From: Acidimicrobiales bacterium
GTDB taxonomy: Bacteria > Actinomycetota > Acidimicrobiia > Acidimicrobiales > AC-14
NCBI GenBank assembly: GCA_046263055.1
Contig: JBHELO010000014.1
Location: forward strand, 32 to 64,031
Reading direction: 5' to 3'
DNA: 64,000 bases
Numbering within the stretch: the stretch's first letter is position 1; every line of letters starts with the position of its first letter. Shown one piece after another: positions 30,380 to 39,607 of this stretch. Below the pieces are notes generated by a model. The model was not told the origin of the DNA. It made no database searches and was given only the letters and a program-made list of their open reading frames with translations. The translations under genes were made by a program, and so were the position numbers.

Positions 30380-31950
30380 GACAGCGCGGCCAGGAGGTCG
30401 TCGGCCAGGGTGGTGACGTCGCCCGCCCCGACGGTGAGGCACAGGTCGCCGGGTCGCAGGCGCGACCGGAGGAAGGGCAGCACGTCGGCCCGCCGGGGCA
30501 GCCAGGCCACGGCCTGGGCGGGGCGGGCGGCAGCCACCGCGTCCACGATCAGCTTGCCGCTCACGCCGGCCCGGGGTGCCTCGCCGGCGGCGTAGACGTC
30601 GGTCACCACCAGCACGTCGACGCCGTCGAAGGCGGTGGCGAAGTCTCGCCACAGGGCCTCCGTGCGGCTGTAGCGGTGGGGTTGGAACACGCACACCACC
30701 CGCCGCCAGCCGCCACCCCGAGCGGCAGCGATCGCCGCCGCCACCTTGTCGGGCAGGTGGGCATAGTCGTCCACGACCGTCACGCCGCCCGCCTGTCCCC
30801 GGAGCTCGAACCGGCGGGCGACTCCCGGGAAGCGGGCCAGCGCGGCGGCGGCGTCGGCGAAGGCCACGCCGGTCTCCATGGCCGCGGCCAGGGCGGCGGC
30901 GGCGTTGAGGGCGTTGTGGCGCCCGGGCTGGGGGACGCCCACCTCCCCCAGCACCACGCCGTGGCGCTCGAGCCGGAACCGGCTGGCGGCCGGCTCGAGC
31001 TCCAGGCCGACCACCCGGTAGTCGGCACCGGGAGCGGTCCCGTAGGACCGGGCGCCCACTGTGCGGCCGACCCCCGCCGCCACGTCGTCGTCGGCGCAGA
31101 CCAGCGCCACCCGGGCGGCCGCCGAGAACCGGGCGAAGGCGTCGACGAGGGCGGCGAAGGACCCCCAGTGGTCCAGGTGGTCGGGGGCGACACTGGTCAC
31201 GACCGCCACCTCGGCGGCCAGGTGGAGGAAGGTCCCGTCGCTCTCGTCGGCTTCCACCGCCAGCCACTCGCCCTGGTCCCAGTGGCCGCCGGCGCCCAGC
31301 CCCTCGACCACACCGCCCACCACGAAGGAGGGCCGGGCGCCGGCTCCCGCCAGGGTGGTGGCCAGCATGGCGGTGGTGGTCGTCTTTCCCGACGTGCCGG
31401 ACACCGCCACCGTGCGCCGGAGGGCGGTGATGGCGGCCAGCAGGGCGGCCCGGCGCACCACCGCGACGCCGGCAGCCCGGGCCGCCGCCACCTCCGGATC
31501 GTCGGCGGGGATGGCGGTGGAGACGGTCACCACCTCGGCGCCGACCGCGGCACCGGTGTCGTGGCCGACGGTCACGGCCACCCCGAGCCCTCGGAGGCGG
31601 TCGAGGACGGGCGAGTCGGCGACGTCACTGCCCGAAACCCGATGGCCCATGCCGATCAGGACCTCGGCCATGGAGCTCAGTCCGCTGCCGCCGATGCCCA
31701 CCAGGTGGAGCCGCCGGGGCCGGTCGAGGTCCACCCGCCCGGGAGCAGGCACCGGGCCGCCCTCCCCCGAGACCGGGGACACGACCGCCGGGGGCCGCCG
31801 CGCCACCCCTGTCGCGCCGGGTACCGCCGCCGAAGACCCGCCCTCTGGCGAGCCGTGCTCGGCCGTCGGCTCGGCGGCGGCCGGGGCGCCGGTGGCGGGG
31901 GCGCGGGCGGCGGTGGCGCGCGATGGGGCCCCGGCGGCGTGCTCAGCCAC
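30376..31950 (-). CDS. murC: UDP-N-acetylmuramate--L-alanine ligase
   Basis: HLVGIGGSGLSSMAEVL, VSGTSGKTTTTAM and DYAHLPDK. Start set at GTG 31950, an 8-nt overlap with murG. Several downstream in-frame GTGs around 31740-31800 would remove an Ala/Pro-rich N-terminal extension of about 70 aa. Confidence 0.85.
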   Translation of the reverse strand: MAEHAAGAPSRATAARAPATGAPAAAEPTAEHGSPEGGSSAAVPGATGVARRPPAVVSPVSGEGGPVPAPGRVDLDRPRRLHLVGIGGSGLSSMAEVLIGMGHRVSGSDVADSPVLDRLRGLGVAVTVGHDTGAAVGAEVVTVSTAIPADDPEVAAARAAGVAVVRRAALLAAITALRRTVAVSGTSGKTTTTAMLATTLAGAGARPSFVVGGVVEGLGAGGHWDQGEWLAVEADESDGTFLHLAAEVAVVTSVAPDHLDHWGSFAALVDAFARFSAAARVALVCADDDVAAGVGRTVGARSYGTAPGADYRVVGLELEPAASRFRLERHGVVLGEVGVPQPGRHNALNAAAALAAAMETGVAFADAAAALARFPGVARRFELRGQAGGVTVVDDYAHLPDKVAAAIAAARGGGWRRVVCVFQPHRYSRTEALWRDFATAFDGVDVLVVTDVYAAGEAPRAGVSGKLIVDAVAAARPAQAVAWLPRRADVLPFLRSRLRPGDLCLTVGAGDVTTLADDLLAALS

Positions 31951-33106
31951 GACGGGCGTGCTCCTCGACCAGGGCGGCCACTGCCTGGGCGGCGTCGCGG
32001 CGACCGGCGGCGGCCGCCGCCCGCTCCATGGCGGCCAGCGCCGGCGGGTCGCCCAGCAGGCGGTCGACCTCGGCCACCAGGCGGGCGCCGTCCAGGTGGA
32101 CGTCAGCCACGAGGACGGCGGCGCCGGCGTCCACGAGGTGGCGGGCGTTGGCCGTCTGGTGGTCACCGGGCGCCCCCGGCAGGGGCACGAGGAGGGCAGG
32201 CAAGCCGATGGCAGCGAGCTCGGCGCACACCGAACCGCCGGCCCGGGACACGGCCAGGTCGGCGGCGGCCAGCACCAGGTCCATGCGCTCCTCGTACTCC
32301 ACCGGCTGGTAGACCAGGCCACCTTCGGGGAGCTCGGGCATGGCGGCGGTCACCATCTCCCAGTCACGCCGGCCCACCACGTGGCGGAGGGCCAGGTCGG
32401 CACGCCCGGCCCACAGGTCCAGGGCGCCGAGCACCGCCTGGTTGACGCGCCGGGCGCCGAGGGACCCGCCGATGGACGCCACGACGCGCCGGTGGTCGGG
32501 CAGCCCCAGGGCGCGGCGCGCCTCCTGCCCGTCACGTGACCGGTCGACGGCCAGCACCTCGGGGCGCACGGGGTTGCCGGTGACCCGGGCCCGCGGCAGG
32601 TCGGTGCCGGGGAACGACACGGCCGCGGCCCGGGCGAAGCGCCCGAGGAGGCGGTTGGCGGCGCCCGGGACGGCGTTCTGCTCGCAGAGCACGAGTGGCA
32701 CCCGCAGCACCACCGCGGCCGCCGCCGCCGGGACGCTGGCGAACCCGCCAAGGGCGACCACCACCGCCGGCCGCCGGCGGGCCACCTCGACCACCGCCAG
32801 CACGGCGGCACGAGCGAGGCCCCAGGCGGCGGCCAGGCTGGCCCCCGACAGCCGCCGCTCGATGCCCCGCCCGGGCAGGAGCGTGACGCCGAAGCCGGCT
32901 TCGGGCACCAGGTGGGCCTCCTGGCCCGACGCGCTGCCCACCCAGTGCACGGACCCGGGCGGGTGGCCGGCATCCACCAGGGCCCGGGCCACGGCCAGGC
33001 CGGGCAGGACGTGGCCGGCGGTACCCCCGCCGGCGATGACCGCCCACGTGCGGAGGCCGCTCGCCGCCACCCGCCGGTCGCCCGAGGGGCGCCTGGGCGC
33101 CCTCAC
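31943..33106 (-). CDS. murG: undecaprenyldiphospho-muramoylpentapeptide beta-N-acetylglucosaminyltransferase
   Basis: AVIAGGGTAGHVLPGLAVA, and RAGGSVCAELAAIGLPALLVPLP...DHQTANA. Start is GTG 33106 (GTGA with the ftsW stop); 33109 and 33070 are alternatives. Confidence 0.88.
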   Translation of the reverse strand: MRAPRRPSGDRRVAASGLRTWAVIAGGGTAGHVLPGLAVARALVDAGHPPGSVHWVGSASGQEAHLVPEAGFGVTLLPGRGIERRLSGASLAAAWGLARAAVLAVVEVARRRPAVVVALGGFASVPAAAAAVVLRVPLVLCEQNAVPGAANRLLGRFARAAAVSFPGTDLPRARVTGNPVRPEVLAVDRSRDGQEARRALGLPDHRRVVASIGGSLGARRVNQAVLGALDLWAGRADLALRHVVGRRDWEMVTAAMPELPEGGLVYQPVEYEERMDLVLAAADLAVSRAGGSVCAELAAIGLPALLVPLPGAPGDHQTANARHLVDAGAAVLVADVHLDGARLVAEVDRLLGDPPALAAMERAAAAAGRRDAAQAVAALVEEHARRG

Positions 33107-34449
33107 CACCCGTCCCGGGCCGCGGGCCGGGCGCCGGCCCCCGGGCGTCGCCCGCGCGACGGGTCCCTCTGGGGGGCAATTGCGCGCCCTCGAGGGGGTC
33201 GGCCCGGGGGGGTGGCGGAGCCCTGGCGGCCGACGTTGACCAGGATGCCGACGGCGGCCATGGTGATGACGAGGGACGAACCGCCGAAGGACACGAACGG
33301 CAGGGGCACGCCGGTGACGGGCAGGATGCCGATGACGGCGCCCACGTTGATCACCGCCTGGCCGACGACCCACACGGTGACGCCGGCGGCCAGCAGGGCC
33401 CCGAAGCGATCGGGGGCGCGGAGGGCGGCGCGCACCCCGAGGAAGGCGAACCCGGCGAACAGCCCGACCACCAGGACCGTCCCCACCAGGCCCAGCTCCT
33501 CGCCGATGATGGCGAAGATGAAGTCGGTGTGGGCGTTGGGCAGGAACCCCCACTTGGCCCGGCTGGCGCCCAAGCCGACGCCCGTCAGGTGGCCGGTGCC
33601 CAGGGCCACCAGCGACTGGGCGATCTGGTAGCCGGTGTTCGAAGGGTCCTTCCACGGGTTGACGAAGGAGAACAAGCGGGCCCGGCGGTAGCTCTCGGCC
33701 ATGCTCACGACCAACCCGCCGACGCTGACGGCCAGCCCCACGGCCGCCATCCGGGGCAGGGGCACCCCGCCCACGAACAGGACGGCCAGCACCACCAGCA
33801 CGACGATCATGGCCGTCCCCATGTCCGGCTGCTTCAGGATGAGCAGGCCGAGGAGACCGGTCACCAGCAGCACCGGCCGCAGCACCACCGCCGAGCGGCC
33901 GCTGCGCTCGGTGCGGCTGACCACCAGGTCGGCGGTGTACAGGAGCAGGGCCAGCTTGGCCAGCTCCGAGGGCTGGAAGCGCAGCTGGCCGTACCCGAGC
34001 CAGCGCGACGACCCACCGGCCGTCACCCCGAAGGCAGGGACGAGCACCGCCACCAGCATGACCCCGCACACCACCACCAGCGGCCCCCCGACCCGGCCCC
34101 AGTGCCGGTAGTCGACCCGGGCGGCCACGGCCAGGGCGACGGCCCCCGCACCCACCCACACGAGCTGGCGCTCGAAGAACACCCACGGGCCGCCGTAGGA
34201 GCGCAGGGCCTGCACCGACGACGCCGACAGCACCATCATCAGCCCGATCCCGCACAGCAGGGCCACCACCGCCGCCAGCACCGCCCAGCTGCGATCGGGG
34301 CGATCGGGGCGGTCGGGGCGGCTGGTCGGCCCGCGCCTCCCGGGGCGGCCTCCCGGGGCGCCGGACACCCGGGCGGCGGTCGTGGCCGGGCCCGTACGAT
34401 CCGGGCGGCGGCGGGCCGCCGGCAGGGTGTCAGCCACCGCTCGCACCAC
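33103..34449 (-). CDS. ftsW: FtsW/RodA/SpoVE-family peptidoglycan polymerase (FtsW by context)
   Basis: About 10 TM helices; LPNAHTDFIFAIIGEELGLVG and GILPVTGVPLPFVSFGGSSL. Confidence 0.9.
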   Translation of the reverse strand: MVRAVADTLPAARRRPDRTGPATTAARVSGAPGGRPGRRGPTSRPDRPDRPDRSWAVLAAVVALLCGIGLMMVLSASSVQALRSYGGPWVFFERQLVWVGAGAVALAVAARVDYRHWGRVGGPLVVVCGVMLVAVLVPAFGVTAGGSSRWLGYGQLRFQPSELAKLALLLYTADLVVSRTERSGRSAVVLRPVLLVTGLLGLLILKQPDMGTAMIVVLVVLAVLFVGGVPLPRMAAVGLAVSVGGLVVSMAESYRRARLFSFVNPWKDPSNTGYQIAQSLVALGTGHLTGVGLGASRAKWGFLPNAHTDFIFAIIGEELGLVGTVLVVGLFAGFAFLGVRAALRAPDRFGALLAAGVTVWVVGQAVINVGAVIGILPVTGVPLPFVSFGGSSLVITMAAVGILVNVGRQGSATPPGRPPRGRAIAPQRDPSRGRRPGAGARPAARDGW

Positions 34450-35761
34450 CCTCCAGGAGGCGGGCGACGGCCCGGGCGAAGTCGTCGCCCCGCTCGGCGT
34501 AGGACCGGTAGTGGTCGAACGATGCGCAGCCGGGCGAGAGCAGCACCGCGTCGCCGGGACGGGCGGCGGCGGCGGCCACCGCCACCGCCTCGTCCATGGA
34601 GTCCACGACGGTCACCGGCCGGACGCCGTCGAAGGCGGCCGCCACCTCGGGCCCCGCCTCGCCGATGGCCACCACCGCCCGTACCGCGGCCGCTCCGCCG
34701 GCCAGCACGCCGAGGTCGAGGCCCTTGTTGCGGCCCCCGGAGATGAGCACCACGGAGCGGAACCCACTCAGGGCGGCCAGGGTGGCGTGGGGGTTGGTGG
34801 CTTTGGAGTCGTCGTACCAGCGGACGCCGGCCTCCTCGGCCACCAGCGTCATCCGGTGGGGCAGGGCGGCCCACCCCAGCAGGGCGGCGCGCATGCCGTC
34901 GGGGGTGGCACCGGCGGCGGCGGCGGCGGCGGACGCGGCCAGGGCGTTGGCCACGTCGTGGGGAAGGGCCCGCGGCAGCTCGGACACCGCCATCACCGGC
35001 CCCGGCGGGCCCGACAGCATCCCGTCCACGACCCGCCAGTCGGCGGTCTCGGCAGTGCCGAACCTCTCCACCCGCGCCGGAGCGGAGGCCGCGTACCCGG
35101 CCACCACCGGATCGTCGGCGTTGGCCACCGCCAGGTCGCCGTCGGCCTGGTGGGCCCAGATGCGGGCCTTGGCCGCCGCGTAGTCGGCCACCTCGGGGTG
35201 CCAGTCCAGGTGGTCCTGGGCCAGGTTGAGCCACACCGCCACCGCCGGTCGGAAGGTGTCGGTCCACCACAGCTGGAACGACGACACCTCGGCCACCACC
35301 ACGTCCACGTCGCGCCGCACGGCGTCGGACAGGGGCAGGCCGATGTTGCCACCCGCCACTGCCCGGATGCCGGAGGAGGTGAGCATCCCCGTGATCAGGG
35401 CGGTGACGGTGGTCTTGCCGTTGGTCCCGGTGACGGCCACCACCGGGTGGCGGCTCCACCGGAAAGCCAGCTCCACCTCGCCCCGGACGGGCACGCCCCG
35501 CTCGACGGCCTCGGTGAACACGGGGTGGGCCAGGGGCACGCCGGGGCTGGGCACCACTACGTCCGCTCCCTCCACCAGGGCGCGGAGGCGGGCGGGATCG
35601 GGGGCCTCCACCAGGTCGATGCCGAGACGGGCGGCGGCGATGCGGGCGGCGTCGCCGGGGGCGTCGTCCACCGCCACCACCCGGGCGCCCCGGTCGTGGA
35701 GGTGGCGCGCCACTGCCACGCCGCTGCGGCCCATGCCCACCACCAGCGCCACCTCAGACAC
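34430..35761 (-). CDS. murD: UDP-N-acetylmuramoylalanine--D-glutamate ligase
   Basis: VVGMGRSGVAVARHL and VTGTNGKTTVTAL. GTG 35761 overlaps the mraY stop region by 8 nt. Confidence 0.9.
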   Translation of the reverse strand: MSEVALVVGMGRSGVAVARHLHDRGARVVAVDDAPGDAARIAAARLGIDLVEAPDPARLRALVEGADVVVPSPGVPLAHPVFTEAVERGVPVRGEVELAFRWSRHPVVAVTGTNGKTTVTALITGMLTSSGIRAVAGGNIGLPLSDAVRRDVDVVVAEVSSFQLWWTDTFRPAVAVWLNLAQDHLDWHPEVADYAAAKARIWAHQADGDLAVANADDPVVAGYAASAPARVERFGTAETADWRVVDGMLSGPPGPVMAVSELPRALPHDVANALAASAAAAAAGATPDGMRAALLGWAALPHRMTLVAEEAGVRWYDDSKATNPHATLAALSGFRSVVLISGGRNKGLDLGVLAGGAAAVRAVVAIGEAGPEVAAAFDGVRPVTVVDSMDEAVAVAAAAARPGDAVLLSPGCASFDHYRSYAERGDDFARAVARLLEGGASGG

Positions 35762-36794
35762 CGCCCACCGCCCGGCAGCCGTGGGACAGGAAGTCGGCGT
35801 AGAACAGCCCGACGGCCAGGGCGCTGAACAGCCCGGCAATGATCCAGAAGCGCACGATCACCGTGGTCTCGGGCCAGCCCAGCAGCTCGAAGTGGTGGTG
35901 GATCGGTGCCATCCGGAACACGCGCTTGCCGGTCAGCCGGAAGGCCCCCACCTGCACGACCACCGACATGGTGACCATCACGAACAGGCCGCCGATCACG
36001 GGCAGGAGGAGGTGGGTGTTGGTCGTGAGCGCGAGGGCGCCGAGGGCGGCCCCGATGGCCAGCGAGCCGGTGTCGCCCATGAAGATGCGGGCGGGCGCCG
36101 CGTTCCACCACAGGAAGCCGGCGCACGCCCCGGTGAGGGCGGCGGCCACCAGCGAGAGGTCGAGGGCGGGGCCGACGGCGTAGCAGTCCGGGTGGCGGAA
36201 CTGCCAGAAGCCGATGAACACGAAGGTGAAGAAGGCGAAGATGGACGAACCCCCGGCCAGGCCGTCGAGGCCGTCGGTGAGGTTCACGGCATTGGTGGTG
36301 CCGAGGAGGATGAGCACCGCCCAGACGCACCACAGCGGGCCACCCAGGCCCACGCCGATGGAGCGGGTGAACGACAGGTCGGTGCGCACCTTCGCCTTGT
36401 ATACGGCGAACAGGGCGAAGAGGAGGGCGACGGCGATCAGGCCCAGCGTCTTGGCCGCCTTGTCCAGGCCCAGGCTGCGCTGGCGGGAGACCTTGATCCA
36501 GTCGTCGAGGAACCCGACCACGCCGGCGCCCACGGTGACCAGGACGACGAGGACGCCGGCCAGGGTGAACACCGCGCCGGTGTTGACGTGCCCGGCCAGG
36601 TAGCCGGCGACGGTGGCTACCAGCATGGTGATCCCGCCCATGGTGGGCGTGCCCGCCTTGGTGATGTGGCCCTGGGGCCCGTCCTCCCTGATCTGCTGGC
36701 CGATCCCCCGCTCCTGGAGGGCCCGGATGAGCAGCGGTGTTCCCATGATGGACACCAGCAAGCCGGCGCTCAGGGCGATGAGCAGCGCTACCAC
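35754..36794 (-). CDS. mraY: phospho-N-acetylmuramoyl-pentapeptide transferase
   Basis: QQIREDGPQGHITKAGTPTMGG, NAVNLTDGLDGLA and APIHHHFEL. GTG 36794 overlaps the murF stop by 7 nt. Confidence 0.95.
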   Translation of the reverse strand: MVALLIALSAGLLVSIMGTPLLIRALQERGIGQQIREDGPQGHITKAGTPTMGGITMLVATVAGYLAGHVNTGAVFTLAGVLVVLVTVGAGVVGFLDDWIKVSRQRSLGLDKAAKTLGLIAVALLFALFAVYKAKVRTDLSFTRSIGVGLGGPLWCVWAVLILLGTTNAVNLTDGLDGLAGGSSIFAFFTFVFIGFWQFRHPDCYAVGPALDLSLVAAALTGACAGFLWWNAAPARIFMGDTGSLAIGAALGALALTTNTHLLLPVIGGLFVMVTMSVVVQVGAFRLTGKRVFRMAPIHHHFELLGWPETTVIVRFWIIAGLFSALAVGLFYADFLSHGCRAVGGV

Positions 36795-38197
36795 GCCGCC
36801 ACCCCCGAGGGAGGCGGCGCCGGCGGGGTGAGGCCGCCGCCCGCCGGCGCGGGCCCGCCGGCGCTCGGCGCCCGGAAGGTGGCGGCCAGGAGGGTGGCGG
36901 CCAGGCGCTCGAGGCCGGCGGCCCGGCTGCCCTTGACCAACACCGCGTCCCCCTCGGCCACCGGGCCGACCAGGGCGGCGGCGGCGTCCACGTCGGCCAC
37001 GTCGGTGACGCCGTAGGCCGGCGCCCCCACCGACACCACCAGGTCCACGCCCAGGTCGGCGGCCAGCGCCCCCATGCGGCCGTGCTCGGACGCCTCGTAC
37101 GGGCCGAGCTCGAGCATCGGCCCGAGCACCGCCACCCGCCGGCGGGCCGGAAGGGCGGCGAGGGACCGCAGGGCGGCTTCGGTGGACGCCGGGTTGGCGT
37201 TGTAGGCGTCGTTCAGCACCAGGCCCCCGCCGGCGCTGCGGGCCAGCTCCATCCGCCAGGGCGACAGGCGCGCCCGCCCCAGGCCGGCGACCACCGCGTC
37301 GAGCGGCGCCCCCACGGCCAGGGCGGCGGCCGCCGCCGCCAGGGCGTTGGCCGCGTGGTGGGCCCCCCGGACGGAGAGGGCCACCGCCGCGCTCCCCCAC
37401 TCGGTGGCCAGCCGGAAGCGGGGGCGCAGCTCGTCGTCCACTGCCAGCCCCTCGGCCCGCACGTCCCCGGCGTCCAAGCCGAAGGTGAGGACCCGGGCGG
37501 CGGTGGCCGCCGCCATGGCCGCCACCCGGTGGTCGTCGGCGTTGAGGACGGCAGTGCCCGTTGCCGGCAGGGCCTCCACCAGCTCGGACTTGGCCCGGGC
37601 CACGCCGTCGAGGGATCCCAGCATCTCGGTGTGGGCCAGGCCCACGTTGGTGACCACACCCACGGTCGGGCGGGCCACATCGCACAGCGACCGGATGTGG
37701 CCGGGACCCCGGGCGCCCATCTCGACCACCGCCACGTCGGCGTCGTCGGGGGCATTGGCCAGGGTGAGAGGCACGCCAAGCTCGTTGTTGAACGAGCGCT
37801 CGCTGGCCGTCGGGCGGAAGGGGCCGTCGAGGGCGGCGGCCAGCAGGTCCTTGGTGGACGTCTTGCCCGCCGACCCGGTGACGCCCACCACCCGCTCGGG
37901 CAGGCGCCGGCGGGCGGCTCGCCCCAGGTCGGCGAGGGCGGCGACGGTGTCGGCCACGACCACGGCCGGATGGCGACCGTCGCCGGCCAGCGGCGGCTCG
38001 GCGGTGAGGTAGGCGGCGGCCCCGGCGTCGAGGGCGGCGGCCACGAACCGGTGGCCGTCGCGGGCCGCCCGCACGGGCACGAACAGCTGGCCGGGCGCCA
38101 CCCGGCGGGAGTCCACGGTGACACCCCGGACCTCGGTGTCGGGGCCCACCAGGGTGCCGCCCACCGCGGCCGCCACCTCGGAGGCGCGCCACCTCAC
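36788..38197 (-). CDS. murF: UDP-N-acetylmuramoyl-tripeptide--D-alanyl-D-alanine ligase
   Basis: VTVDSRRVAPGQLFV, VTGSAGKTSTKDL and NDAYNANPAS. The GTG start forms GTGA with the murE stop. Confidence 0.9.
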   Translation of the reverse strand: MRWRASEVAAAVGGTLVGPDTEVRGVTVDSRRVAPGQLFVPVRAARDGHRFVAAALDAGAAAYLTAEPPLAGDGRHPAVVVADTVAALADLGRAARRRLPERVVGVTGSAGKTSTKDLLAAALDGPFRPTASERSFNNELGVPLTLANAPDDADVAVVEMGARGPGHIRSLCDVARPTVGVVTNVGLAHTEMLGSLDGVARAKSELVEALPATGTAVLNADDHRVAAMAAATAARVLTFGLDAGDVRAEGLAVDDELRPRFRLATEWGSAAVALSVRGAHHAANALAAAAAALAVGAPLDAVVAGLGRARLSPWRMELARSAGGGLVLNDAYNANPASTEAALRSLAALPARRRVAVLGPMLELGPYEASEHGRMGALAADLGVDLVVSVGAPAYGVTDVADVDAAAALVGPVAEGDAVLVKGSRAAGLERLAATLLAATFRAPSAGGPAPAGGGLTPPAPPPSGVAAW

Positions 38198-39597
38198 GGG
38201 GCCACCCGACCCAGCTCCTCGCGGACCACGGTCCGGTCGTCGAAGGCCACCGTGGTGGCCCCGCTCACCTGGGTGGCCTCGTGGCCCTTGCCGGCCACGA
38301 CCACCACATCACCGGGGCGGGCGGCAGCCAGGGCGGTGGCGATGGCCGCCCGCCGGTCGGGCTCCACCACCAGGGCCTGGGGCCGGGTGACTCCCGACCG
38401 CACCGCCTCGATGATGGCCAGCGGGTCCTCGCTGCGGGGGTTGTCGGAGGTGAGCACGGCCAGGTCGGCGAGGCGGGCCGCCACCTCGCCCATGGCCGGC
38501 CGCTTGTCGCGGTCCCGGTCGCCACCGCACCCGAACACCACCACCACGCGCCCACCGGGCGACGCCGCGCCGCGGGCCGCGCCCAACACCTGCTCCAGGC
38601 TGTCGGGAGTGTGGGCGTAGTCGACGACCACCGTGAACGGCTGGCCGGCGTCGACCACCTCGAACCGTCCCGGCACCGACGCCACCGACGACAGGCCCTC
38701 GGCTACCGCCGCCGGCCCCACGCCGAGCTCCCGCGCCGCAGTGGCGGCCGCCACTGCGTTGGAGGCGTTGAAAGCGCCCCCCAGGCGGACGTGCACGGCC
38801 TGGCCCTCCCAGCGGAACGTGCTGGACAGGGCCCCCACCTCCAGGCCGGCGGCGTCGGCCAGGGAGAAGGGGCGGGTGGGTACCGCGGTGGTGTCCAGGA
38901 GTCGGCGCCCCCACGGGTCGTCGGCGTTGATCACCGCGATGGCCGCCCGACCGGGCGTGAACAGTGACGCCTTGGCCGCGAAGTAGTCGTCCATGGTGGC
39001 GTGGTAGTCGAGGTGGTCCTGGCTCAGGTTGGTGAAGACGGCCACCGCGAACCAGGTGGCGTCCACCCGGTGCTGGACGAGGGCGTGGGACGACACCTCG
39101 ATGGTGGCGGCCGCCGCCCCACCGTCGGCCACCGCCGCCAGGCGGGCCTGGAGCTCGGGGGCCTCGGGCGTGGTGCGCACGCCCGACAGGGTGCCGATGA
39201 CCTCGGTGGGCCGGCCGTCGGCCCGCAGGACGGCGGCCAGCAGGTGGGTCGTGGTGGTCTTGCCGTTGGTGCCGGTGACGCCGACCACCGCCATGCGCCG
39301 GGACGGGTGGCGGTGGAAGGCGGCCGCCAGCGGGGCCATGGCCACCCGGGTGGAGGGCACCACCACCTGGGGCACGGCGGGGGCCACCGGCCGTTCGCAC
39401 AGGAGGGCGACGGCTCCCCCCGCCACCGCCTCGGCGGCGTGCTCATGGCCGTCGGACCACCCCCCGCGCAGGCAGCAGAACAGGGCACCGGGCGTCACCG
39501 CCCGGGAATCGTGGGTGATGGCGGCGACGTCTGTGCCGGCCGGGTCGCCCCGGAGGCCCAACACCTCGACCTCGCCGAGCAACCGGTCCAGCCGCAC
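38194..39597 (-). CDS. murE: UDP-N-acetylmuramoyl-L-alanyl-D-glutamate--2,6-diaminopimelate (or L-Lys) ligase
   Basis: ITHDSRAVTPGALFCC, VTGTNGKTTTTHL and VDYAHTPDSLE. GTG 39597 lies 10 nt after the ftsI stop, with GAGGA upstream. Confidence 0.9.
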   Translation of the reverse strand: MRLDRLLGEVEVLGLRGDPAGTDVAAITHDSRAVTPGALFCCLRGGWSDGHEHAAEAVAGGAVALLCERPVAPAVPQVVVPSTRVAMAPLAAAFHRHPSRRMAVVGVTGTNGKTTTTHLLAAVLRADGRPTEVIGTLSGVRTTPEAPELQARLAAVADGGAAAATIEVSSHALVQHRVDATWFAVAVFTNLSQDHLDYHATMDDYFAAKASLFTPGRAAIAVINADDPWGRRLLDTTAVPTRPFSLADAAGLEVGALSSTFRWEGQAVHVRLGGAFNASNAVAAATAARELGVGPAAVAEGLSSVASVPGRFEVVDAGQPFTVVVDYAHTPDSLEQVLGAARGAASPGGRVVVVFGCGGDRDRDKRPAMGEVAARLADLAVLTSDNPRSEDPLAIIEAVRSGVTRPQALVVEPDRRAAIATALAAARPGDVVVVAGKGHEATQVSGATTVAFDDRTVVREELGRVAP

Positions 39598-39607
39598 GGG
39601 CGCGTCC

